From contig JBEWZL010000266.1 of assembly GCA_045837725.1 (NCBI GenBank), forward strand, positions 558,001-622,000: 64,000 bases of DNA. Reading direction: 5' to 3'. Shown one piece after another: positions 1 through 11,393 of the stretch (positions are counted from its first letter, which is position 1; every line of letters starts with the position of its first letter). The translations under genes and the position numbers were made by a program. The DNA comes from Vermamoeba vermiformis. Lineage: Eukaryota. Under the pieces are notes generated by a model. It was given only the letters and a program-made list of their open reading frames with translations. It ran no database searches and was not told where the DNA came from.

Positions 1-1583
1 CCTCTTGAATCTTCTTAGCGTGTTTAATAGGCTTGCCGTCTTCACTTTCACCGTGAACTGAACTGTAAATCGGACGATGACCAGCGACCAAGATCCAAGG
101 GTAGATGTCGCGCATGCTGTTGGCAATTTTCAAATCGTTTTCTAACCACGCCAATTGGTCACCGAAAGTAGAGGGCTCGGGAGCTCCAGGAAAATCTATG
201 AATAGAGCGTGAGTAAGCGTTACTATTAGTTCTGAAATGACGATCGCGTGCACTTTTTCTTACCAGTCTCCGTAGAAATCGATACAAAGTGAATATTAGC
301 ATAGTTATAGCTGTAAAACATGTTCGTGTTGCTGCCACTCTCTTCTCCGGGCATTTTGAATCGATGGTTGTACGCCGTAAAATTTCTTGAAAACTTGCAA
401 CCTTCGTGCTTGCAGTCTTCCTCGTGATTTCCTAATAAGGCAAAATTAGCGCTTCACGTTACGTGTCCATGTTACTTACCGGGCAATACCATGTACGGCG
501 CTACTCTCATCGCTGGCTCGACGAGTTTGAACCACTGATCCCACACTTCTTCGTACAAACCACCAGGATAATCATCAGCATAACTGTCCAGTGCACGTTA
601 GATTTAATAGGATATTATACTATAATATAAGGTGGTCAGTAGTACCTGATGTCTCCGATGTGCCACACAAAGTCAGCTTCTTTGTTCACGATGCGGCTGA
701 CGGCACGAGGGATGGTGTGCTGCGAGTTCACAATGCCCATGTCACCGTACACCACGACTGTCGTGTTCAGCGATGACTTGGAGGAGGTCGGTGTGGCTGG
801 AGCGGACTGAAATAAAAGTTAGATCAAGCTCGAGGTGTCATCGCCCAGCACGTGACATTTAAATTTGACGGTAAGAATATATTTATAATTATAAGCCGGT
901 ATTGGTTTACTCACGGTAAAGGAAAATTCGTCGCTCCATCCAGCTTTTTCGTCGCCACAAATGTAATAGTACTTCGTGCTTGGCTTCAGCTGTGTCATCT
1001 TGACGTGATTATGATACATTACGACGTCACCTCCATCGCTCTATCGATCGTTAGTAATTGAATACATCGCAGGTAAAAAGCCCGATTGAGGCTAAATTTA
1101 GAAATTTAGCATTTCAATGTCTTTTGTGGTTGCTTACTTTCAAGTAATTCACGCTTTCGCCAGTAGCTTTGTACGTGTATTGATTGGAGGCCAAGCCATA
1201 CTTCACTGTAACGGTGTGTGGCAGTCCGATGGTTAAGTAGCTTACCACCATTTCGCTCGGTGAACCCGAAACTGATTGAAACGTGAGTCATTGCATTAAT
1301 CATTATTATGCAGTACGACATAGATTTATCAATAAATTAAATTAAGATTCAATTTCAAATCCGTTTTTCACCAAAAAGTCTGAAATTATGATCATATTGA
1401 TAATAAATCGTGTAGTTTAATTCCCAATTTAATCTTTTAACAGTATGAATGAGCCTTACGAGCTAAATGAATGTTTTGTGGGATGCAATTCATTGATCCG
1501 CAGATTGCAGGGTAATCTTTCTCTGCCAGCACAGCGTGCGCGAGTAGCGACAACAAAATTATGAAGGCACTACCACGAAGCAT
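1..1583 (-). CDS. Purple acid phosphatase (secreted metallophosphoesterase), multi-exon, 3' end outside the window
   Basis: Signal peptide MLRGSAFIILLSLLAHAVLA, FN3-like N-domain (YHNHVKMTQLKPSTKYYYICG), and metal-binding motifs GDMG, GDI(S)YADD, GNHE and GHRP across exons. Confidence 0.9.
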
Positions 1584-1656
1584 GTTTTGTGAGCTCGCTT
1601 TGACAGATCAGTGTTCGTGCGATTGAAAAATTTGTCAGTTTTGAAACTCGATCAAA

Positions 1657-2416
1657 ATGTTGCAAACAACGCTGACATTTTTCAGGCAGAAATCTGCTAA
1701 TAAAATATTGTTAGCTATGAAGAAACGAGGGTTTGGTATTGGCAAATGGAACGGTGCGTACCTTGTCAAGATTAGATCGAGTGACAAAATTTTTTGCTGA
1801 GAAAACAGTACTACTTGGCAACACGCTAATTATTTCGATAATTATTTACTAACTATAAATAATTTGGTATTTATTTTAATTTTTGATCTGCAGGTCCTGG
1901 CGGGAAAGTTGAAAAAGGCGATTCTTGCATAGCTGCAGCTGCTTCACGTGAATGCCAGGAAGAAGTTGGTTTAAAACCAAAATTTCTATCATTAGTGTAC
2001 GTTCATTCAAAAATTTAACATTTTCTTGCTAGATCTTTTTTTGTAACGGCTAATTTTATTCAGTGGCGTGTTAGAGTTTTATTTTGAAGATAACGCAAAG
2101 ATGAACAATCGATGTCACATATTTGTAGCAGAAGAAAACGAATGGGAAGGCCAGGTGACAGAAACTGAAGAAATGAAACCTGCGTAAGATCCGATCAGCG
2201 TGCAATTTCTGCTAATCTAACGCTTGTATTCTTAGGTGGTTCGATATTAATGCCATTCCGTATGATTCTATGTGGCCTGATGACAAAATATGGGTGCCAG
2301 AGATGCTGCGAGGCGAGCAAGTCAATTATCAATTTTATTTCAAAGAGAATCAAATTACCAACTATAAGAAAGGAACGGCTACATTAGCGAGCGAAGAAAT
2401 AATAGGACGATTATAA
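1657..2416 (+). CDS. NUDT1: Oxidized purine nucleoside triphosphatase (MTH1/NUDT1-like Nudix hydrolase), 4 exons
   Basis: LLAMKKRGFGIGKWNG-PGGKVE, Nudix box AASRECQEEVGL, ETEEMKP-WF and IPYDSMWPDD. Confidence 0.9.
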
Positions 2417-2474
2417 ATAAGAAGCTTAACGAAGACGGCATCCAGGTCGAAAGTTTTATTACTCTGCTTGCTGG

Positions 2475-3038
2475 CTACATATTATAGTTATCGTCATTAT
2501 TTACCAGTTCCGACATGGAGTTAGGAAAAATTATATATGACCCGTTATCATTGAAGTTGGTGTTGGATCCTTTTTTCTTCTGATCACGTTTTGGTTCTCC
2601 TTGGTAAACTAAGATAAGCTCCATCCATTTGGATTTCTCACCAATAGGCTCTTCTATCCAGTAAGTACGTAATAAATACTGCGGAATGCAATTCTGATCC
2701 TTCATGATGTAGTATTTTTTTCGGGATGATGATGGATCTCCCGCTTTGTTCGACTGTGGGCCAGTTCCACTAAAAGGGAATATAGACCGATCAAACTTCT
2801 CGTTTCTTCGTTTTATATAAACGCCTTCGTTCAAAGAGTTGTCGTAGAGGCCTAAAGGTACCTGATCTTGGATTACTCGCAAAATTTCTTCGTTATTAAT
2901 GGCTCGTAGTATTTTGTGCCGAGTCTCTGGTAATTCTTTTTCAAATAACGGTGGATTTGATTGATATTTTTTCAGATGGGATGTTACAAATTCGATTAAT
3001 TGTTGCTCTTGTAAATTAGTCGCATAATTCTTCTCCAT
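2475..3038 (-). CDS. Hypothetical intronless protein, possible CG-1-like DNA-binding domain
   Basis: Open 187-codon ORF from ATG at 3038. The pattern GVYIKRR...KKYY...LRTYWIEE...LILVY loosely resembles CG-1 domains. Upstream exons are not excluded. Confidence 0.5.
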   Translation of the reverse strand: MEKNYATNLQEQQLIEFVTSHLKKYQSNPPLFEKELPETRHKILRAINNEEILRVIQDQVPLGLYDNSLNEGVYIKRRNEKFDRSIFPFSGTGPQSNKAGDPSSSRKKYYIMKDQNCIPQYLLRTYWIEEPIGEKSKWMELILVYQGEPKRDQKKKGSNTNFNDNGSYIIFPNSMSELVNNDDNYNM

Positions 3039-3138
3039 CAAATAGGGATTATGACACGATAAGCATTGAATTTGGTATAAACAAGAACTGTTGTGCAAGC
3101 AAATAGATATTTTTGCGCAGTCCTTTTTAAGCGCTGTG

Positions 3139-3190
3139 CGACACGCCGTGTCCGAGTCACGTTTTTGAAATTCCGCTCGACACGCCGTGT
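3139..3190. promoter_or_regulatory. Two copies of the near-palindromic 13-mer CGACACGCCGTGT upstream of the 2475-3038 ORF
   Basis: Identical 13-mers at 3139-3151 and 3178-3190. The first forms the dyad GACACG-C-CGTGTC. Confidence 0.4.
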
Positions 3191-3941
3191 GGAGCCTTAT
3201 TATGCGCGAATAATTATCTTATCAAAATGGTAATCATGTGTATTGCTCGTGCTAAAGTAGTGTAGCACGAAGCTCTTCGTTGAGAATCAGGCGGATCAAG
3301 TTCACCTTTGTACATTATGATGAAGTTTTAATTGTGGGGATTTATAAATTAGCATTAATATTCGGGAAAATAAGCTTGAAATTCTTCATTTAAAGGTTTT
3401 CGTACCGACGGTTTAAGCTGGCTCCCTTTTCCCGCGCGTTAAAATAATTTGTTTGCCGTCGTGATTTGACATTTGAAAAAAGCAAAAGAACATACGACTA
3501 CGACTGTACAAGACAGTAGCAGATGAAGCTCGGATTATAATAATCCCTCCATCGATTCGTTGGGTGCAACGGTAACATGAACGAGACTTGATCTTAGTTT
3601 AGTTCGCGTTGTTTACAATGTTTTCCATTTTATTAAAATTTGTAGTATTATTTTCGCGATAAGGGTCCTTCTCCTGGGCTTTGTTTTACATCTAAAAAAT
3701 CAAGAAAAAATATTTTAATTCATTACTAACTCCAAAGCCTGTCAATCCCTAAATAACGAATAATTTATGACTCTAGGGACGTATTCATATTTTAGTTCCC
3801 TCTTTGCGTGGTTCTGCGCGCGAAATAATTAATTATTTGCGCACGTTATTTTCTGAAACTGTGCGACTTATGAAGCCACACCTATAATATTATTTAGCAC
3901 GGCATACGTTATTAGGAGATTAATTGCTAGTAAGACGACGA

Positions 3942-6900
3942 ATGGAGCGGAATCTGGTTTCATCCCACGACCTCTGCCTTTTGGATAGCTTGCTCGATGA
4001 ACTAGTGCTAACGATATTAGAAAAACTAGAATTAAGCCAATTGTGTACGTAACTAACTAAATAATTGGTAGATCCAATAATTAATTTAACTTCCCGTTGA
4101 TCTCGCCTTCGTTATCTTAATTAAACCTCTTATATAACATTAAATATCCTCATGTTGCATTAATTATGCGCATAATCTAATTTAATTGTTGTATTACAGG
4201 GAATTTGGCTTGCGTGTGTACCAGATGGCGCCAGTTAACTCTGAAGCAAGAATTTTGGCGATTTCATGCCATCAAAAAATGGGGCGAGTCTATAGTGCCT
4301 AATAGCTATGCGTTTACAAGTGATTCAGTCCGAGTCGATTTCACGAAGTACTTGATCCCAACTTACGAAGGTACGTGGATTACGTATCCATCAATAGTTG
4401 GGTACAACTAATGTTTTATATAGTTGGAAATAACACAGCCGTAGATTGGCGAAAATACTTCAAGATCAGGTAAGCCATTTGCGGATTCGCTTTCGAGATT
4501 CGCGTACTGACCGGATGTGCTTTTAGATACTTCTTCGAACCCGTTAAATTCGCGTTAGACAGACACTATTTTTTTGTACGCGAAATAGCAGCTAACCCAC
4601 TGGGGCTGGACTACGTGCTCCCCAAAGAGCGAAAAATTATGCTACCAGAAGGTTATGAAATTGATACCGCGGTGCCAGGAAGTCTAGAAGTATTTGACGA
4701 TGTGTCTTGGTCTGACGATAGTGAGTCGGAACAAGAATTGGGCGAGTACTTGAACGATGAGGATTGGTTCAACGACGAACTCGTTACGGGGGAGAATATT
4801 CATGACAACAAACCAATGAAAGATTACGTACGTATAGGTTATACTATAGTCACTATTATTGATTATTATTGAACTTAAACAAATTTTGGCCGGACAAAAG
4901 CTTTTGTTGTGGATTTGCGGATTCGCATCCACAAATTACTCTTTTTCTAGCAATTCCTTTTTAATATACTTTTAGACCTCAAATCTGTAATAATATTATT
5001 TTTAGAGCGAAGATTTATATACAAGCTCGATTTCAACGTTCTTCATTCGTTTACCTCAGCGTAAAAAAGCGAGAATCAGCATTCCAGACGGATTTCCGAA
5101 ATTATTATGGTCGTTCGCCATGGAAATATACCCGTTATTATTAGAGGCCAAGTTATATGCCGAGTTGATTGTTGCTACAAACTTCTTGGTCAGATCCACA
5201 GTTTTATTCTTCGGTATTCGGGATTGGTAATTAATAACCCCTATTTCTATAACTCTTTAATTAATTCATATTTTTTTTAGGCTTTGTAAGCAATTGCATG
5301 ATATTTGTTTGTTAGTCGAAGACAAACCTCGATTAATGCTCCCGCTACTATTTCCGATCTGCACCGTGCTCGATCAATCTCAAACCATCTCTCAGTACCA
5401 ACTAGACATTCTTAAGAGCGTATTGAACAAGTTATTAGATCTTACCAATTCTAAGAAATTTGCGGCGGCCAATGAACGCTTCAACGAGGAGTTACGCGAG
5501 TACGTTGCGAATTTCAGCGAAGATTCAGTTCAGCATGAAATTATTGCATCGTTCTTTGAGTATATCGATCCACATATATTGAATAAGGAGGAAGCAAAGA
5601 GAAAAACCCGTTCAATGATGAATTTTGTGGATCCCATCAAAACGTACGAAATGTTTGGAGTTCAGGTGCAGGAAGGAGTTGTTGTTCCTAGAGTACCTAT
5701 TTATTTTACTGCACATGAAGGTATGTATACGAATGAATCAAAACGTTACCGATTTAATCGCAATTCTATTATTCAGAGTTTGCTCAAGTTATCATTGATT
5801 TTGTTGTCTCAAAGTTCCACGAAACGAACAGTGACAAGGAGAAAATCATGTTGCTGACTCTCGCTGATATGATCAACGGAAAATTAATGAGATTTTGCAA
5901 CGGTCTCTTTCCGTAAGTACAAGATGCGTGACACAAAGTCACTGAACGCCAAATTTACGTATTTTTGCAGATTGGCGTGTGAAGCTACAAAACACGAGAA
6001 CGACGACGTGGCATTTGCAGCATATACTTTGTTGTATCGCAAAATGAGTGCCAAGCTATCGAGTCAGTTCGCTGAAACCTTAGTGCACACTGTGTTTGAC
6101 GCGTTATTGCGTGGTCTGGATCGATTCCCTGAGAACTCGTGAGTCAATCTAAATTTCCTTATTTGTATTATTAATACTAACTAACATTGCTTATTCAAGA
6201 CTGTGCATTATTGTTGCGTTGACGAAGTTACTGCAAAATAACGGCAAACTTATCACGGACAAGCAGCTCGAAGAATTGAACACAAAAATTCTTGCAAACA
6301 TGTCAAAACCAGCGCAATTTTTCGATCGCAATGTGTTATTGGCCTCAAAAGTGTACCCGTTCAACAACTTTTACAAATTAGGCAAAATTTTTGGAGAGCG
6401 AATGAAACCCGTACGTACAATACGTAATTTATAAATAGTAGTATTATTTATTATTTTCACAGTATTTGCCGAAATACAGGCTCGCCATATTTGGCTTGGG
6501 CTCGGCGGATCTGGAAGTTGTCGTGAAACTCAAAAACGGAGTGGATTTAATGATGGAGACTAATACGTCGCCGCAAAGATTTATCCAGTACTCCTTATTA
6601 GGTAATACTAGCAATATATAATTGAACGGGTCTAATTTTGGCTCCCAGGAAAATCGAGTATTGGTGAAGAATTCGACCACGAAAATTTAGATTATGCGCG
6701 GGAACTACTGAAATATTGTGACAAGATGGACGATGATATGATATGGAGCACTAGGACTGTGCATGAATTACGTGCCTTATTTGGCAATGTCTTTGCAAAG
6801 ATTCTTCAATCCGACAACGCCCAAGAAAAACTTCGATACCATGTCGAAGCCGTTCTGAATTCTTTTTCAAGTGAAGTCTTTGAACTAGGACGAAAGTATT

Positions 6901-8584
6901 ATACAGGACCTATGACGATTCCAACAGACCCTAACCATCGAACACCAATTCCTCCGACTTCATTACAATTTGTGTCTGCTATGCAAGTCTGGCGCCAACG
7001 AAAAGAAGGAAAAGTCGACGGAATAACTCAAACGGATGAAGAATTCTTTAATTTTTCGTACTCGGATCTGGTAATGGAAAAAATGCTCGATGAGCAACCG
7101 AAGGACAACAAACTTTACTCGGAACAATTCAACGATATCATATGGGATGACCTTTCAGGGGCAGAATATGCCCATTATAGAGCTGTGTCTGCGGTATGTA
7201 CAATAATAATTATTTAATTTATTTATTTTTTTCTTGGTAGACTTTGCAACAACTTTCGTTCCAGATTATCAAAGACAATTTACTCAGCGTACTTGATTTA
7301 ATTACGCAAGAAACTGACCTGTTAGACGCATTTCATGTGTTATTAGCCTACGCTAAGAACCATGAAGTTAGCGGATCCGTCATTTTGGCCATTTTCAAGA
7401 CGTACCGCTTACTGAAAGAAAAATTCAGTGAAGAGACACAATGTTTTTACCTGAACACTATGGCTAGCATATTAAGCGTTAGATTGAACGGAAAAAATAT
7501 CGACTTGGAATTAGCTAATACGATACGGGACTGCTCGTACGAGGTAAGTTCTGAAGAATTTAAGTAAAATTTCTCCGAATTATTAACGCTATTATTTTCT
7601 CAGGTTATTTTCGACTATGCGAAGAACAATTACCCTAAGCACGATGTTATGATGGGTATACTCGCATTTTCTATTCTTTTGGACCATCTGCCTATTACTC
7701 GTGACTCATACCACATTTCGGTACGTGTTAATTTTTTTGGACAATTAGTGCCGATAGTATTTTAATTAATTACTAATTTTGATGTTTTAAATAGACGTTT
7801 GATGTGCTTTATATGTTATTAAGAAAAAGTCCTCTTGGAGTGTACAACGCAATGTTCCGAATTTGTGAATCAAGCCTGCTGTTTGCTAATCACCCAAGAG
7901 ATGTAAGGAATAATTTATTTCTTTTATTTTCGTTAATGAATAACTCTTCTATTGTTGTACAGGACCCGTCGGATCGGCATTACGAGATGCGTTTACATAC
8001 TTTGGCACTGTTGGGGTATCACTTTGGCATGCACTTTATAAAAGTAACTAACTAATTAACAACTGCTAGCCCGCGCAACTAATATTTTGCTAGCAAATTG
8101 GCATTCAAAAAATCTTCTCGGATCCGAACGGCAACCAGATCCAGCACATAAGCCCAGAGCGTAAGTTTGATAATGTACTTAATATAACTGTATTAATATA
8201 ACAAATATAGTACTTCCGTATAAGATAATGTTCTATTTGGATACCGTTGACAGATCTGCCGTTCAACCGCACCTCATCGAACGAATGGAACGATTCTACG
8301 TGTTGTGCAAAGTGTACGCAAGTCACAAGCAAAAATCAGAAAGCGAGCTTAGATTTCTCAATTTATACAACGCTGCGTACTTTGAGACCGAAACAGTCAA
8401 AGAAATTCTGCGCACCAACGACAAACTTATGATTATGTTGCCGGATCTCGAATCACGAGTGAAGACATGGGACGGTATTTATGACTTGAACAGCAAGCAT
8501 GTATTTTTGGATGTCAAAGAACCAAATGAAGAACCAACGCGGACCAACGATGTAATTGATGACAAAGACTTAATGACCGATTAA
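3942..8584 (+). CDS. Large N-terminal F-box protein with long alpha-helical (HEAT/ARM-like) body, many exons
   Basis: F-box LLDSLLDELVLTILEKLELSQL/NLACVCTRWRQLTLKQEFWR, followed by a chain of same-strand ORF segments separated by GT..AG introns to the stop at 8584. Confidence 0.75.
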
Positions 8585-8606
8585 ATCGTACTGTGTAAAA
8601 TATTTC

Positions 8607-8648
8607 AACTATCAAAGTATTTATAAATGAAAATCCATTTTTTTATTG
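8607..8648 (+). repeat. Left target-site duplication (AACTA) and left terminal inverted repeat
   Basis: AACTA at 8607-8611, TIR core at 8612-8632, then a 9-nt gap and TTTATTG at 8642-8648, mirrored at the right end. Confidence 0.8.
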
Positions 8649-8666
8649 TAAATTAACGAAATAACA

Positions 8667-9566
8667 CTATTTATCATTCGCACGATGATGGTCATTCAAC
8701 AATGAGAATAATTCTACCATCATTTTCATATTGGCAGCCCATAGCTCTTTGAATTCTTGCATAATCATCTTGTGGTGGATCTCGTCTTTTTCATGGATCT
8801 CGCCGATCACGCTGCGGAACTGCTTCGCAAAATCTGATAAAATTGGAGTGACTATAGCTTGCACTAGATGTGATATCTCGTGCGCATTGAGTCCTGAGAT
8901 TGTTCGTCGCGATGTTGTGTGCGGCGAAGATCTGGTTTGGTGAGGTTCGGATTTCTGTTCGTTTTCTTTTTTCATTGATTCCAGCCACGCGTCACATGCA
9001 GCATGATCCCATGAGTCATTTTCATGCACTTCTACTATGGAATCAATGTCTACCGTGTAAGGAAGTTGGTCTTTCGTGCAATCTGACGGATTGACAAACA
9101 CTGTAAACTTTTTGCCGAGGTCAGACGCCACGATTCCATAAACCATCAAGTTATCCGTATCCATGCGTCCTATTCGTGTCTTGACTTTACTTCCAGGGTG
9201 AATTTTGACGACATTGTTTGAATTTTTCGGGTCTGAAAGTGTGAGATCGGCAAGAATGATTTTGTCGCCAATAACTGTTCGGGATTCACTCGCAAGTTTT
9301 TTCCAACTGTGATACGGATGTTGTAGAGCACGTCCCGATGGCTCTGTTCCTGTTTTATGCTTTTTCTTGGGCCGCTCGTCACCATCTCCATGGAAGCCAA
9401 ATTTTGTGTCAAGATCTTGACTTGGGGCAGGTCGCAGCATGCCACCTTCTGTTGATGCAGCTTGAAGATCGATATTGTTGCTATTATTGTCGCCATCAGC
9501 CCCACCACCCTCTTTTGCAGTGCGGGGCCGTTTAGTTTTGGATGTCTTGTTGTTGGATTGACTCAT
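8667..9566 (-). CDS. Transposon accessory ORF (~299 aa): basic NLS-like N-terminus, central beta-rich domain, C-terminal amphipathic/coiled-coil helix
   Basis: Intronless ORF inside the TIRs, first ATG at 9566 (MSQSNNK). Contains KTKRPR and RPKKKHK. AATAAA on the minus strand lies just downstream, near the left TIR. Confidence 0.75.
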   Translation of the reverse strand: MSQSNNKTSKTKRPRTAKEGGGADGDNNSNNIDLQAASTEGGMLRPAPSQDLDTKFGFHGDGDERPKKKHKTGTEPSGRALQHPYHSWKKLASESRTVIGDKIILADLTLSDPKNSNNVVKIHPGSKVKTRIGRMDTDNLMVYGIVASDLGKKFTVFVNPSDCTKDQLPYTVDIDSIVEVHENDSWDHAACDAWLESMKKENEQKSEPHQTRSSPHTTSRRTISGLNAHEISHLVQAIVTPILSDFAKQFRSVIGEIHEKDEIHHKMIMQEFKELWAANMKMMVELFSLLNDHHRANDK

Positions 9567-9773
9567 TCTTGGCACAATGATGGAATTAAGGTACGGCGAT
9601 AATTTTAAAAAATCATACGAGTATCTAATATTGTCACCTTATATAGAATATCCTGTAAAAATCAAGCTTGAATTATTTTAAATTCAATTCGAAAATTCCG
9701 TCAAATCCAGTCCCACTTCATCTTGGTAAGTGTTCTGATAGTATTTATCCATTTGCCACGAACATTATAAATT

Positions 9774-11243
9774 ATGTCTACTAATTTTATTATTAAATTA
9801 TTAGTATTGAAGACTTTCTCGCACTGCACTTGGAAAGAGTGGCGATTTCTGCGCCAATCCAACAACGAACCAGTATATGAGCATCAAATACGAGAGTGTC
9901 AAAAACAATTGATTAAAGACTATGCTAGCCGTCCTCTCCGTGCTACTCATGGAGCTTATTTCCCTCTGCATTCGTTTTTTCAGCGGATCTTGGATTGGAA
10001 ACTCGGCGAGCACCACTTAGCCCTAATGCCGACCAGTGGAGATGAGCTGCACATCAAAATTTCGTGGGACGGGTACAGTCACTTCCACCAGAAGCTAGAA
10101 TCATGGTATATGGTGTTCTACGATGTGCTGCACAGCCAATCGTCGATGCACGCGCACTGTTTTGCAATCTCACGCATGTCTGAAAGCTCAGCCAACTTTC
10201 GCACAGTATGCACAGAAATTGACCTCAATGGGTTTGTCCAATGGTTGCAATCATTCAATATCAGCATCAATTCTCAGCTTTATCGAATCAACTTGATGAC
10301 ATCAGCGGATTGGATTGGCTATGTTGTCGAGCTTGGTGCACCCCGACCTGGCACTCGTTCATTAACAGATATAGTATGTCCCTCTTGTGGCTGTGACAAA
10401 CATTACCTACGTCATTTATGGTTAGAACATCCTTGGGCCATCAAACACCCGCAACTCTCAATCGTCAATTTTCCAAGTGCAGCGATTCAAACATTGCCCC
10501 TTCACAAGCGCCGCTATGATTGGATGCACGGATGCACATTATTATTACACCACTGCTTGATGAATATATACTTGGATTTTAGTCCACGGACTGCCCAGAA
10601 GGGTGTATTCTACAAGTTCGTCGAGAAATTTCGATAAAAGTGGTCCGTCAAGAATTTGCTCGAGCCTATTGGAATGAAGAAGTGGTGGACCAGTGATTGG
10701 ATCCAGCACTTTGAAGAGATATTCAGCAGCCACCCAGATCAAAACAGCATAGCATGGAGCGATGGAAATTCTTGGATCTGTTCAATTTACCAAATGTGGA
10801 CTTTGCTTGTCGATTCTTGCAGAGTCTATTATGAATTTGCATACACCCGAGATCCAAATCAAGAGAACTTCATTCCTCTTTATTATGCCCGTCATGCAAT
10901 CTGCTCAATCTTTGCATTCAAGAAGTGGTGCCTGGATCCAACCACTCATTTCATGCTAAATGAAGCTATCATCTACGCTATTCAAGACAATGGTGCTTAT
11001 CAAACTCTACAAGAGAGTGTCGAGCATGCCAACCATGATGTAAAGGAAGATTGCCGATGCACTTCAGCACGTGATTTGACAGAAGCTTTGAACCACCAAG
11101 AGCTCGAGCGACGGTTGATGGAATTGAATTATTATACAGCCCCAAGCAAGCTAGATTCAGACATTACAATCAATCATAGTTCAACAATAGCATTTGCAAA
11201 ATACACTCCCCTAGCATACAGTGTTGTGTCATTCCAGGACTGA
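9774..11243 (+). pseudogene. RAG1/Transib-like DDE transposase (~489 aa if read through) with one in-frame TAA at 10635-10637
   Basis: ORFs 9774-10637 and 10656-11243 are in the same frame. Motifs are KISWDG (D 10068), SQSS..HCFAISRMSES, SADW (D 10308), CPSC, DWMH and THFMLNE...QESVEHAN (E 11022). The His-to-Glu spacing of 25 aa equals RAG1 H937-E962. Confidence 0.85.
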
Positions 11244-11393
11244 ACATATGAAATTTTAGCGGATCGTGACAAAACAGATCTTCAAATTTATTTCTGAAGG
11301 ATAAAACCAAACCACATCAATAGTAGGAATTCAATAAGGCCCTACCATGTATTATATCGCTCAAGTGTGTGCACATTGTATTTTGTCTATCGT

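Noticed and set aside
3247-3270. Hairpin TCGTGCTA-N8-TAGCACGA
   Set aside because: A single 8-bp stem with no supporting RNA-gene features can arise by chance.
3478-3600. Minus-strand CTAAGATCAAGT followed ~110 nt later by a T-run, resembling U2 snRNA
   Set aside because: The branch-point pairing sequence GTGTAGTA and the U2 5' stem are absent, so the match is only 12 nt.
8665-8671. CACTATT as a canonical CAC-type left end (and GTGTGTG near 11365 as the right end)
   Set aside because: It overlaps the stop codon of the accessory ORF, has no extended inverted match and no flanking duplication. The 8612/11430 ends have both.
10635-10637. Alternative genetic code (TAA = Gln) or programmed readthrough explaining the transposase stop
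   Set aside because: TAA terminates many normal genes in this window and no other in-frame TAA was seen in conserved exons, so a nonsense mutation is simpler.
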